Of a stretch of DNA of 64,000 nt, positions 13,197 to 28,198 are shown in pieces; position 1 is the stretch's first letter, and every line of letters starts with the position of its first letter. A program made the translations under genes and the position numbers. Origin of the DNA: Eledone cirrhosa (lineage: Eukaryota); assembly GCA_964016885.1 (NCBI GenBank), contig OZ024741.1, forward strand, positions 374,852,001 through 374,916,000, given 5' to 3'. The notes beneath the pieces are model-generated. The model was not told where the DNA came from, made no database searches, and saw only the letters and a program-made list of their open reading frames with translations.

Positions 13197-16100
13197 ATGG
13201 CCAATATAAGAGTTGGATGTGTGAACGTACGCCGCCTGGGGATGCCCTGGAAACAGGGAAAACTCTTAAACGACCTCAGGTCGCACAGTATGGATGTGGT
13301 AGCCATTTGCGAGTCCAGGATCCACAGCGAGCGACAGCTGGCCCCCATCTTCGATGACTTTAAGATCTACGCATCTCTCTGTCAACCGGGGGGTGGGGGC
13401 GGAGTTGCCGTTTTGCTGCGGAAACACCTGGGCCTCGTAACACAGACAGTACATCTGGACCCGGAGGGTCGACTGGTGGTCCTAGACGTTGACGGTAGTG
13501 AAGGTGGAGCCTTCAGGCTGGTGGCCGCATATGCCCCATCCGGGACACCGCGGCCAGACTTCTTCAAACGTCTAGAGATTTTTCTGGGAACGTCCCGCTC
13601 CTTGCTTTTAGTGGGGGACTGGAATGGAATCCTAGATGCACGTTGGGACTATGTGGGAGCATGTCCCGATAAAGGGGGGTGTAACAGCCTCAAACAGTTA
13701 ATCGACCGATTTGACCTGGCCGATAGATATCGACTAGATTTTCCGACTGCGCCACTGTGGACGTGGAGTAATCGTAGCGGAACATCTAGATCGTACCTAG
13801 ATAGGGTTCTAGTTAGAAATAAGGATAGGGACATGTTAAGCTGTCCACAAATGTTCATGGTTGCCTATTCAGATCACAAACTAGTGACCTGCATGGCCAA
13901 CCTTGATAGAACCCATAGACAAGGACCCGGCTACTGGAAGCTGAACTTGTCGTTACCGACAAGCAAAGCCTACAGTAGACGGATTAGCACTTTAGTTAAA
14001 CAGCACTTGACAGGGGCCATTGTCAACAACAGATGGTGGTACTCTCTCAAGAGGGCAGTTAGATTAGACTCGATAGTTTTTAGTAAAGAATTAGCGTTAG
14101 ATAGAAATAGAACCGAGAAGGAACTGGTAGATAAAGTAGAAGAGGCAATTAGAAGTGGCAACGTAGCCAGCGTGCTAGCAACGAGAACGGCCTTGGACCA
14201 GTTCTTCGACGCAAAGCACGAGGGCTGCGTTGTCAGAAGCAAAATACGTGCTCTGGGAAACGAGGGAGCCAAAGCTGTTAGCTGGGCCCGAGTGACGGAG
14301 GCAAAAAGTGGCAACAAGTCCACGATTCGGTCTTTGAAGGACCAAAACGGCACTTTGCTCAACTGTTCGGGGGGGGGGGGGGGGCGCCGGGAGAAGCTAT
14401 GGATTTCGGTCCATACCTCGACGGCCTACCGCGACTCTCGGACAGCGAGGCAAAGTTCTGCGAAAAGCCGATTTCAGCCACTGAGATAGGGGACGCGCTG
14501 AGCCAATGCGGCAAACGCAAATCTCTAGGTCTCGACGGTCTACCCTACGAATTTTACGTAGCAATGCCGGACTTATTCTCCGGTCTCCTGGAAGCGGTCT
14601 ACTGCAACTGGCAACAGAACGGGAGAATTCCCAGTTCTGTAACCGGGGGCGTGGTCACACTAATCAGGAAGGACGAGAATAAGGGGGATGACATAGGCAA
14701 CTTCCGGCCCATAACTCTGCTAAATACAGAGTTACAGATTTTGGCCAAGGTGTTGGCAAAGAGGCTGGCGCTTGTCGTCGAGAACCTGGTGGGAGAAGCA
14801 CAGACATGCGCAATCCCGACCAGGTCCATACACGACAACCTCCACCTCATGCGATACATCATAGAGAGGGTAGGGTGTAAACCCGGCTTCGGTGGGGCCC
14901 TAATCAACTTGGATCAGTCTAAGGCTTTCGATAGGGTTGACCATCGTTACCTGGATGCAGTGCACAACAGCAACATCTGCTCAAGGGTCAAGGTGAACGG
15001 CTACCTCTCGGAGCTGTTCCATATCACGCGATCCATTCGACAGGGACGCCCTCTCTCCTCCCTTCTGTACGTACTGACTCTCGAGCCACTACTGCGGAAG
15101 TTGGAGCTATTGCAGGGCATCCCTCTGGAACCGGGACTGCGGAAAGCGGCGTCGGGCTACGCCGACGACGTGACAGTAATGGTGTCGAGCGCCTCGCAAA
15201 TCGAGGAAGTCGCCACCTTACTGAAGGAATACGAAAGTTTCACAGGAGCGAAGATGAACCGGGACAAGTCCATCGGTTTGCAACTCGGATCGTGGAGAGG
15301 CAAACCGATGCCTTCCGATGGCGTCGTCGGACGCTGGACGGAAGGACCGGTAAAGTTGCTCGGGGTCTGGTTTGGTCCGGACCTCCAGGTGGAGAAGAAC
15401 TGGAACGAAGTGACGGCCAAGGTGTTTGCACTCAACCAGAAGTGGGCCGAGTGCAAACTATCCTTGAAAGGTCGAGCGGAGGTGGCGAACACTTTTATAG
15501 CGTCCGCCATCTGCTACCGCTTGACTGTCGTGCCTTGTCCAGCCAAAACGCTCGCCAAAATGGAACGCGCGCTCTTCCAATTCCTTTGGAAGAGGCGGGC
15601 TCTTTTGGTGAGAAGATCCATCTGCTTCCAACACCCTTCTAACGGAGGGCTGGGGATGCCGTGGTTGACGATGCGCAAACACGCGCTCAGGCTGCCTCAT
15701 CTCTACGCATTCCTCACCGGACAACCGGTGTAGGCCCCGTTCGTGAGGCGAGCCTTCCCACGACTCGTCTCGCTGACCGAGCTACAGTCCTAGGTCAACC
15801 AAAGACCGAGGAAAATGGGCGACTGGCACATCGAATGTGCTCAGGCACTCACAGCCCTCTGGCAGGCGGACCCGGCGATCAGTGGAGACTCCACTTCGTC
15901 ATTCTCTAGAGGGTTGATCCGCAGCAAGTGCGACGACGTGCTCGGTGAAACTCTAGGCGTAGAGGAAGATGAACTGGCCAGTCTGTTCGGTAGGACCTTC
16001 CGCCCGGGACCGATGGTCAACTTCCAAAAGTCCCTGGCCTAGCAGTGCTACCGAGGAGCTCTACCAGTTCGAGACAAGCTCTACAGACATGGGCGCCCGG

Positions 16101-16540
16101 GCAGGGACCCTGCAAAAAAGATCTGTCCGAGGTGCGTGCGAGACGAAGAAACCGCCGCGCACGCATTAATACACTGCCCGGGCGTCACTGACCTGTGGGG
16201 CTATGTAGAACGACTATTGTCGCGGGTGGGACCAATCCAGTTGACCACTGAGTCCATTGTCATGATCAAACCGCCACCCTCCTTCAAAAACGAAGGAGAG
16301 GCGGTTTTCCTTTGTGTGATAGCTATGGCGAAAGAGGTTGTATGGTGGACAAGGTTGAAAGGGCTGAGGTCAGACACCTTTCTCTCCGGCCAACAACTGA
16401 TTCTTTTTTTCAAATACCACTTTGGAAGAAGAATCAGGATGGAGAGAGAGGTGCTGTACCCCAGCAAGTTTTATGAAAGGTGGGTGAAAGTGGCGAGAAT
16501 GGCCCGAGTGAATGGGCCTTCTCTCTATATCAGCCTGTAG
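13197..16540 (+). pseudogene. Tx1 ORF2 (APE-RT-CCHC), frameshift at poly-G ~14370, deletions, stops at ~15731, 15791 and 16040
   Basis: GCVNVRRL, ICESR, VGDWNGILD, YSDHK, FRPITLLN, KAFDRVDH, YADD (15158), CPRC..ETAAHALIHC. Confidence 0.95.
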
Positions 16541-16928
16541 GTTGAGGAAAAGGAGGAGGAGAGGAAAGGAGTACAAACTCTTCGTACTCCTGGAGATGAG
16601 GGTTGCACATTTTTTCGGGTGTATGTGTTACCCATATAAACTGTCTCCCCCTATTGGGGAAAATCGACTAACTTTTTAAATTACATTTGTGATAACATTT
16701 TACACGTTTTTATTGTATGTAAACTTCCCCCTTTGTATTTGTCCCCTTCTTTTGTGCCCCTGTGGCTAATAAAGAAACATATCTATCTATCTCTCTATCT
16801 ATCAATCAATATATCTATGGATGTATGTGTGTGTGAGTAACGTTGTTGTTGTTGCTGGGGTGGGAGTAGATATAAGAATCGACTCTCTACTAAAATGCCT
16901 CAAATGGCATGCCCCTGGCAGCCGAAGT

Positions 16929-17220
16929 CCAGTCGCCCATTTTTCTCGGTCTTTTCTTGACCCAGGACTGCAGTTCGGTCAGCGAGACGAGTCGTGGGAA
17001 GGCTCGCCTCACGAACGGGGCCCACACCGGTTGTCCGGTGAGGAATACGTAGAGATGCCGCAGCCTGAGCGCGTGTTTGCGCATCGTCAGCCACGACATC
17101 CTCAGCACTCCGTTGGAAGGGCGTTGGCAGCAGATGGATCTTCTCACCAAAAGAGCCCGCCTCTTCCAAAGGAATTGGAAGAGCGCGCGCTCCATTTTGG
17201 TGAGCGTTTTGGCTGGACAA
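16929..17220 (-). mobile_element. Tx1 ORF2 internal fragment, subfamily A, minus strand
   Basis: CPAKTLTKMERALFQFLWKRRALL matches 15535-15826; its 5' flank on the minus strand reads TATCTATCTATCTAGCTA. Confidence 0.9.
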
Positions 17221-17255
17221 TAGCTAGATAGATAGATACATACATACATACATTC

Positions 17256-19435
17256 ACAAAAATAACTAAATCACCCTTGCTAAAAATTACCGCCCAATAG
17301 CCTGCCAGAACATGATGTACAAATTATACACTGGGTGCCTTAATCTGTTCTTCCAGGATCTGCTCTTGCCATATTATAACACCTAAGCAAGCTACTGGAA
17401 AGAAGGAAGTGTGGGGATGCATAGATCACCCACTAATTAATAAAATTACAAGAAAACACCACAAAGAATCGCAGGAACATGACTGTAGTGTGGTTGGACT
17501 ATTAGAAAGCTTTTGATAGTGTACCTCAAGGGCTGATTATTAAGGTTTTATAGTTAGGCAAAGTCCCACAACCACTAGTAGCTGCTGTTGAACGCCCGAC
17601 TAAGAACTGGTAGACCAATTTGATCTTTAGGGGTGAGAAGGAACAAATTGAGACTGATACAATACACTACCAGAAAGGTATCTCTCAGGCTGATAGCTTA
17701 TCACTGCTGCTCTTCGTCCTCTAACTAAACCCACTATCATACCTGCTCACAAAACCACGTGGGCATAACAGTGGATTCAGACGTATCTCCCATCTTTTCT
17801 TTGTTGATGACCTGAAGTTGTATGGGTCAAGTACCAACTGTATTAAAAAACAATTGGACCTCGTTACACAATTTTCTACAGACATCAGAATGAAATTTAG
17901 TGAGTCCATATGTGCATATTTGTCAGTAAAACATGGAAGGATCGTTCCCCTCTCTGGAAATCTAGAGATGAACGGCTTGACAATACAACCTCTACAGTCA
18001 GATTGACAATTACAGATATCTTGGACAGGATGAGAATGTCAGATATGATGGACCCATAAATAAGGAGAGAACCAGAACTGAATACCTTAGGAGAGTAAAG
18101 AAATATGGGCACCAGAACTATCAGCATACAACAAATACATTGTCCACAATACTTTTGCCGTGTCAATCCTAACACCAACATTTAGCCTGCTGAACTGGCC
18201 ATTGCAAGAACTAAGTGAGATGGATGAAAGAACTCGCAAGAAGCTCAACGTTACTGGAAACTTTAACATCAATGGTGATGGGATAGGCTATACCTCTCAC
18301 GCAAGGAAGGTGGCCGGGGTCTAAAATCCATATTAACGTCATACGAGACCCGGATAGTAACACAGAAGTAACATCTTCAACAGAAGAAAAAGGTCAGCAA
18401 CCATTTTGCCCAGGTTTATGAGCATGAAGGTAATACTATCATTAGGATAGCCACTGATCTGGAGGTGAGATATGGAATAAGGCCTGATATAAATCTATCT
18501 CCCAGGAACATTGGAAGATCCTATTCAATGCTCGAACAAGATAAAAAATGGACCCATTTACAGAGAAAGTTGTGCATGGGTTACTGAGACGAAAAACACA
18601 GACCGTGGAGGGGATAAAATCATCCCAAAAGCCTGGCATTGAGTTCCCACCCTGAAGGATATCTCTATGCAATACATGAACACGAAATCCCTACCAAATA
18701 TCTTTTACACAAAAGAGGAGGGCCATCAGTCGACAATAAATGTAGGCTTTGTAAAACAAAGATCGAAGCTGTTATCCACATTGTTGCTAACTGCGAAAGA
18801 ATGTCGTCTCGTTACTACCTCCCTATGAGACACGATGTGATAGCTAGAACCATCTGGAACATACTGAGGCAAACAAAATTAAAAACAAATGAGGAGGAAT
18901 ATGTTGAGATAGATGGCACTAAGGAATACCGGTGGAACCTGAAAATAAAAACTGTCAACAAATCAAAGCACAACCGGCTTAATATTGTTGTTTGGGACCA
19001 CACATTGTTGTATAGATCAGCTGCTCACTTGAAGCCAACGTTGTAATAAAAATACAAGAGAAGGAGGATATCTACAGATTATTAATGAGGAGTTTGAAAG
19101 GCAAAGTCAACCTCAAATCCCGCCGAGGTTGACTTTGCCTTTCATCCTTACGGGGTCGATAAAATAAAGTACCAGTAATGCATTGGGTAGTTGCTGGCCT
19201 TGTGCCTAAAGTAGAAACAATTAATGAGGAGTTTGAAGATCCAGTATCCAAGATACACCTTCAGCTTCATACCCATCATTACTGGAGCTACAGGTTATAT
19301 ACCAACCCACTTGGACCAAAGTATGACTGAATTTGGATTTGTGAACAAAGAGCGCAACTCCTTAATTCATAGACTACAAATGGCCGCGATATCTGGAACC
19401 ATCAAAATTTGCAAAACATTCTTGCAATTCAAGGG
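17256..19435 (+). mobile_element. R4/Dong-type non-LTR retrotransposon (RT, CCHC, restriction-like endonuclease), 5'-truncated and decayed
   Basis: KNYRPIACQNMMYK, WLDY.KAFDSVP, KGISQADSLS, HLFFVDDLKLY (17800), LYLSRKEGGRGL, CRLC..EAVIHIVANC..RHDVIA, KHNRLNIVVWD, IPIITGATG; starts right after (CATA)n. Confidence 0.88.
19099..19220 (+). mobile_element. SINE family B, 5'-truncated, nested in the R4/Dong copy with an ~18-bp TSD
   Basis: ATTAATGAGGAGTTTGAA at 19081 and 19220; body CCGCCGAGGTTGACTTTGCCTTTCATCCTTACGGGGTCGATAAAAT; short inverted piece at its 5' end. Confidence 0.85.
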
Positions 19436-19509
19436 ACGATTATTTCTTTTCTTTTACAACTTTGCCACCAGGAAGGTGGCCGGTCAAAAATGTAATCGAA
19501 ATTAAGAGA

Positions 19510-20227
19510 AAGAGAATATACGTAAGCAGCTGTCCAAAGATGTCATCGCGGTACTATCTACCTATGAGGCATGGTGTAGTGGGCAAAAGATAGTCCTGAC
19601 AATAAACATATTGAAAGTTACAGCAATGTGGAAGACATATACATACAAAATATAATAGAGTATTGGTGGAATGATCCCGTCAAAACCCCAATAAAATGCA
19701 AGCATAGCAGACCAGATATAATGATATGGGACATGGAAAAGAAGGTATTCATAGTGGTGGAAGTTAGCTGCCAAACAGATGCCAATATAATATTAAAGAT
19801 TAGCGAAAAGCAGAACATCTATGCAGAACTAATGAGAAATCTACAGATACTCCGCCCTGACTATACTTTCAAATATATACCTGTGATTATTGGGGCTCTG
19901 GGATATGTTAGTAACTGCCTCAGTACAAATCTTGATTTTACAAGTACAATCCATTAATGGAACAGTAAAAATATGTGAAACATTCCAAAACTTCTGCATG
20001 TAATAACTTCATGTGCACATGTACAGATACAAAGCATATATACACATGCACACATATAACCCAAAACATATAATCCACACATAAAACAACATCCATACCT
20101 GTACACACACACTCACGCATGCATACATATTTACATAGTTGATGTTGTCTATATTCCAATGAAAGAGTTTTGTGTCTATGTTAGAAACCGTTAAAGATTT
20201 ATAAAATTATGAAATCTGAAGAACAAA
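19510..20227 (+). mobile_element. R4/Dong-type LINE 3' fragment (RLE domain + 3' UTR) followed by (CATA)n
   Basis: YWWNDPVKTPIKCKHSRPDIMIWD..IVVEVSC..YIPVIIGALG; 3' UTR homologous to 54846-55100 (-). Confidence 0.88.
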
Positions 20228-20303
20228 TATGCATGCATACATACATGCATACATACATGCATACATACATGCAGGCGTGCATACATACGTACATACATGC
20301 ATG

Positions 20304-20940
20304 GTGGCTGCCAACTCGTTTTCGAGTACGGCCACTACTTTATATCCATGTAGGAGAACCCCTACGAATGCGCTGAACGAGTGTGACTTTTTAGTCCAGC
20401 CAGCGACTTGAAAACTCTGGTACAAACACTACACTTGTGACAATTATTGACACATAGTGCTGGGCCCATGGTACCATGTGACGACAAGTGCAGAGAGATC
20501 TCCAGATATAAAGCAATGCCTGTGCCGTGAAGCTTTTATAGTGAACAAAGGCACTGCACAAAGCCAGTCCCACTCTCTTAACCAAGATATTTACCAAAAA
20601 GAAGAACAAGTCAACATCATTGGATACCATCAGGGTTGCAGGTGTTATATCAGAGTTTTCCTTCTCCTAGAATTCTGCCTTGACAAAAGCTAAGGGGTCA
20701 TCTCTCCCGGTGATTTTGGATGGCCATTGACTTTTAAGAGCTCCAGTTCAGGTTTTGTTTTTACTCCTGCGGGATGTCCAAAGTCACCCTCCTTACCAAG
20801 AAACCTTGGTGGGGTTGCCAGTTTAGTCGCCAACGACCCGACCATGAGACAGGTTGTACTGGGATACATGTTACCAGTAGCACTAACTGGTGACCTGACA
20901 TATATACATGTTACCAGTAGCACCAACTGGTGACCTGACA
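20304..20940. mobile_element. ~600-bp non-coding interspersed element in (TACA)n, subfamily 1, with a short duplication of its right end (20908-20940)
   Basis: Near-identical reverse-complement copy at 54163-54771 with the same two ends. Confidence 0.85.
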
Positions 20941-20977
20941 TACATGCATACATGCATACATGCATACATACATACAT

Positions 20978-21546
20978 GATGGCTGCCCCCTCGTTATCGA
21001 GTAGTATGGCCATTGCACGATATAACATTATTAATAACTATCAATTAATTCTATCGTGCTATGCCTGTGCGTGAAGATTTTTTTTAAAGTGAGGAAATAC
21101 TGTGCACTGAGCCAATCCCACTCTCTCAGCGACAGTAGCTACAACCCGAAAAGAAGAAAAGATCAACATCATCGGTAACTACTGATCCGCAAGTTTTATA
21201 TCGGAGTTATCCCAGTTTCCTGAGTTGCATTCTCCTAGAAGAATGCCCTGACGAAGGCTAGGGGTCCTTCACTCCCAGTGGTTTAACTGCCCGATCGGGT
21301 ATCCAACCCAATTATTTCTATGTCCCCGCAGATATATACACATATGTATACATGTATTTACATAGTTACACATGAGTTCTTCCGCCCTTTATCAGGTTTT
21401 TTTTTTTTTGTCCTGCAGGGTGTCCAAAATCTCCCTCAACACCAAGCAAGCTTGGTGGGGTTGCCGATTTAGTCACCGACGACACGACCATGCGACAGGT
21501 TGTACTGGGTTACATGTTACCAGTAGCACTCAAGAGTGACCCGACA
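20978..21546. mobile_element. Diverged relative (subfamily 2) of the ~600-bp TACA-embedded element
   Basis: Shares the left end ATGGCTGCC..CTCG..CGAG, central TCAACATCAT..TTCTCCTAGAA and right ~130 bp ending GTGACC.GACA; (CATA)n on both sides. Confidence 0.8.
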
Positions 21547-21609
21547 TAACATACATACATACATGCATACATACAAACATACATGTATACATATATTTAA
21601 AAAAAATAA

Positions 21610-22380
21610 AAATCATTGTTTTTAGTGGTGGTAAGAAACTTCCAAGAGAGCTGGACAACAGAAGGTCTTCAGAGAAGACCCCCCCCCACCTCAGTGAGTG
21701 TTTCGGTCCTTAACTCTAAGGGGGCCGCACCACATCCAGGTCATGACTCCTGGATGCGCATCTGCTGACATTTCGCCATTGAGATAATAGAGACTTTGTT
21801 GAGAGGATCTAACTGAAATTCTTCTCCATTGTCTGCTTTCAAACTAATATTTTAAATGCTTTCCTGAGTTTGGAAAAAATAATGTTGGCAGCGGCGAGAC
21901 GTCAACAATACAATCCATGACGCACAGTTACTTCTTTTAGCGTGCCTTAAAATACAAACTATGCCTCTCACGTAGTATGGAGGCCGTTTTTGTTCCTCCT
22001 CGACCAGATCCAGCTGGAACTCATTTCCGCTGCTTCTGATATTGCCTTTTGGGCTTTGGTTCTCGTCTACCCAGAGACTGAAAGTTGTTTCATGAGACTG
22101 GAGGCAGATTTGCCCACAAAGCATCTGGCTTCAATCTCTATCGCGAGAACTTTGACTCGGAAGTCGGCTTCCCTCAGGCTGTTGGACAACCTGGCGTATA
22201 TTTCGGTCTTGAATACGCGTGTTCCTTCTAATCGACTTTCAAATGTCACGGTGAGTTCAATGAAAATCAGCTGTCTTGGTGAACTCGAATAGAGTACGAT
22301 AACCTGCATAAAAACACTCTCTATGATGGTTTATGGTTGTTTTGATCTTGGGAGGTCTGCTGTAACTCCCAGTCTTCTAC
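21610..22380 (-). mobile_element. HERO/NeSL-type RLE LINE 3' fragment
   Basis: LIFIELTVTFESRLE..K..Y..L..FRVKVLAIEIEARCFVGKS and SSWIWSRR, typical of HERO-type C-termini; boundaries approximate. Confidence 0.72.
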
Positions 22381-22876
22381 ACCACGGTTCTACTACGGGT
22401 TTTACTTTGCTTTTGCAGTATAACGACACAGTTGTTTAAAATAATTGCAGTATTAGACACAAGTTTCAAAGAATCTAGTAGAAAATCTTGCAGTAGACAT
22501 TTGACAATTATTATATAAAGATTAAACTGTCCATCCTCAGATAACTGGTTAAGAGGAAAGTAATGAGAAAAATGCTATATTCTTTCTATCTTTGGCTTAA
22601 ACTTCCACACACATACAAACACACATAATCATTTACTTATACATACACACATAATCATTTACCTATACATACACATAAACACACATAATCATATACAAAT
22701 CATATACACATATATTCATTATATATATGCATATACGCACATCGCTATTTCAGAGCACCAATCCTAATTTTTAATTTTTGCTGGACCGGCAATCACTCTG
22801 TATAATCAGTTCCTGATTATTACTGGAGTTCTATAAGAATCCAGCCTCTATAATTTTCGGCAGAGGCGGGGAGTAC

Positions 22877-22920
22877 GTTGCTCTGAGGAACACCAACAGT
22901 GTGAAACAGGATCTGTCAAC
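22877..22920 (+). ncRNA. Type-I hammerhead motif (stem I damaged) in an orphan PLE-type terminus ~22760-23051
   Basis: CTGAGGA-ACAC CAACA GTGT-GAAA-CAG GAT CTG-TC; stems II and III are perfect. Confidence 0.7.
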
Positions 22921-23079
22921 TTCTCTCCCTTCCTTTGGCGAAAAAAGAAGTAAGTGACATAGTCACTACTTTAAAATGGTAGCGCAAGGTCTTCAAAATG
23001 TTTTAAATTAAACATACGGTATATTGCCAAATATACTATACATACATTCATACCCCCCACATATATATATGTATGTGTG

Positions 23080-23129
<50 letters not shown>

Positions 23130-23162
23130 TATATATATATGTACACACACGCACATACATAC

Positions 23163-23203
<41 letters not shown>

Positions 23204-23218
23204 TGTATGTATAGTATA

Positions 23219-23721
23219 TTTGGCAAGATGGTGCGTAGCGATCGTCGGCTGACTGTTCGATTGATGGCAAATGAGCTGGGCATGAATCGGGACAGCGTCT
23301 GGAAGATTCTCACTGAAGATTTGGACATGTGAAAAGTCTGCGCGAAGATGGTGCCAAAACTGAACGATGATCAGAAGGGTCGACGCATGCAAGTGTGCCA
23401 GGACATCCTTGAGCGTCTTCAAACCTAGCCAGACTTGCTAGGGACAGTCATCACCGGCGATGAGTCATGGATCTTCGAGTACGACCCGGAGGGGACCCGT
23501 TTTGAAGACGTGGAACACATCAAAAAGGCCGTGACGACGGAATTGCGGAGGATCCCGGAAGAATCCTTCCAGGAGTGCATGCAAGCGTGGCAGAAAAGGA
23601 TGTAAAAGTGCATTAGACTCAAGGGGGATTATTTTGAAGGAGAAAACTCTTCGTGTGAAGTTTGGGTTTGAAATAAATCTTTTGTGACATCAGTCCTGGA
23701 ACTTTTCTGACCCACCTAGTA
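23219..23721 (+). mobile_element. mariner transposon remnant, internally deleted, with right end
   Basis: [47 protein letters not shown] fused to GTRFEDVE..KCIRLKGDYFEG; ends CTTTTCTGACCCACCTAG-TA. Confidence 0.88.
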
Positions 23722-23727
23722 TATATA

Positions 23728-24952
<1,225 letters not shown>

Positions 24953-25116
24953 TGGTTACTACGATTTGTCGGGTTAGGTACTATTCTTGTGACTGATATT
25001 AAAACAACATAGAAGAGAAGGAAATCTGCGAATAGGCAGAAGAATGAATATCTCTTGAAAGATTTATTTTAACGTGTTACTAGCTTCAAACTTTATCAAT
25101 AAACACTCATGAATAA

Positions 25117-26520
<1,404 letters not shown>

Positions 26521-26768
26521 AACAATTCAGTTGACAATATCTAATCCATTCTCTTCCAGTTTCTGTCTGCCTACCTCTTGCCTGCCTCTCTCTCTCTCTG
26601 TCCACCCCCTCTCTCTTGCTCTCTCTCTGTCCACCCTCCACCCCTTCTCCCTCTAGCACTCTCTACACCCCCTTCTCTTTCCTCTACTTTCTATGCCTAA
26701 CTTTTTATAGAAATTCCACCTTCGCCTCCCAATTTCTGGCCTTGTGCCTATATTATTATTATTATTAC

Positions 26769-26820
<52 letters not shown>

Positions 26821-27274
26821 GCTATTATGTAAGCCACATGTATATTATTTCAGCATTCTACTTGTGGTAGCGGGGGTGGAGGCGGTGGTGGCGGTGGTGG
26901 TGGCGGCGGCGGTGGTCGGGGGTGGGTGGAGAATAGATGTGAGGGTATGACTGGTAAAACACAACACAACACAACACAACACAACACACAGACAAACAAA
27001 AAAAAAATCTAGGTTTATGACCAATCGCATATAGAGAGAAGTTAGTCAGTCTCTTAGAAAACTGAGAACAATCATAATGACGATATGTGGAGGGAACAAA
27101 AGGGTTTATGATTAACTCTTTCTTACAATAACAATTGTAATATCATTGTTATTATTTTTATTATTAGTGAAGGTCGGCCTTGTGCCTAAATCAAATACCA
27201 TTATTAAGGAAGCTTATATCTAAACATATTGTCACCTCTTTTTTTACTACCTTTTACTAGCGTGTTAGTCATTT

Positions 27275-27361
<87 letters not shown>

Positions 27362-27566
27362 CAGACTCATATGTAAACCTACATATATACATACAAACAC
27401 ACACACTCACACACACACACACATATATATATATATACAGACTCATATGTATACATACATATATACACACACACACACGCACATACAGACAAACACGCAT
27501 ATATATATATATTTATCATAAGAACAGATTAAAGTTCAAGCAAAGAATCGCTGCTTTCACCCTTAC

Positions 27567-27600
<34 letters not shown>

Positions 27601-28009
27601 GTAGATACATACATACATACATACATACATACATACATACATACATACATACATACATACATACATAAATATATACGTATATGTGGCATACATGAATGGA
27701 CAGTTTTATTTAAAACTGTTCGCCTCTCGACTATTAAAAACTTCTTTTTTTAGATCTAAAGGAAATTTTCTGCTGTGTGAAACCAATGAAGAATCGGTCA
27801 AATTTCCATGATGGAAGCATGTTAATTATTTGGATGTGGCGACGAAGAACTCAAGAATTACTTCTATTATCAATCATGAAGATAAAACATAAATGGGAAG
27901 CTGTCGATGTTTGGATTAAAAAGGTATGGCTTACAGTGTCTGTTTTGTTGTTGTTATTGTTGTTGTTGTTTGACTTGGGTCCTACACACACACGCATGCA
28001 TACATACAT

Positions 28010-28040
<31 letters not shown>

Positions 28041-28070
28041 CATATGCATATATATATATACATATATATG

Positions 28071-28158
<88 letters not shown>

Positions 28159-28165
28159 ATATATA

Positions 28166-28194
<29 letters not shown>

Positions 28195-28198
<4 letters not shown>

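Larger units (their letters stand above)
11081..16780 (+). mobile_element. Tx1-clade LINE, apparently full length (5' UTR, ORF1, ORF2, 3' UTR), decayed, subfamily A
   Basis: Begins right after (TATC)n; two-ORF layout; ends AATAAAGAAACA + (TATC)n. Confidence 0.95.

Noticed and set aside
5044-16805. CRISPR-like or satellite interpretation of the recurring TATC blocks
   Set aside because: The spacers are kb-scale LINE copies in a eukaryotic context, with no cas genes.
20304-20345. HDV-like ribozyme at the end of the 600-bp element (7-bp GTGGCTG/CGGCCAC)
   Set aside because: The enclosed 18 nt form a simple hairpin; P2, P3 and P1.1 could not be assigned.
21655-21722. GAAAC...CTGAAGA on the minus strand of the HERO-like 3' UTR as a type-II hammerhead
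   Set aside because: Stem II does not close next to the core, and no proper stem I or NUH site forms.
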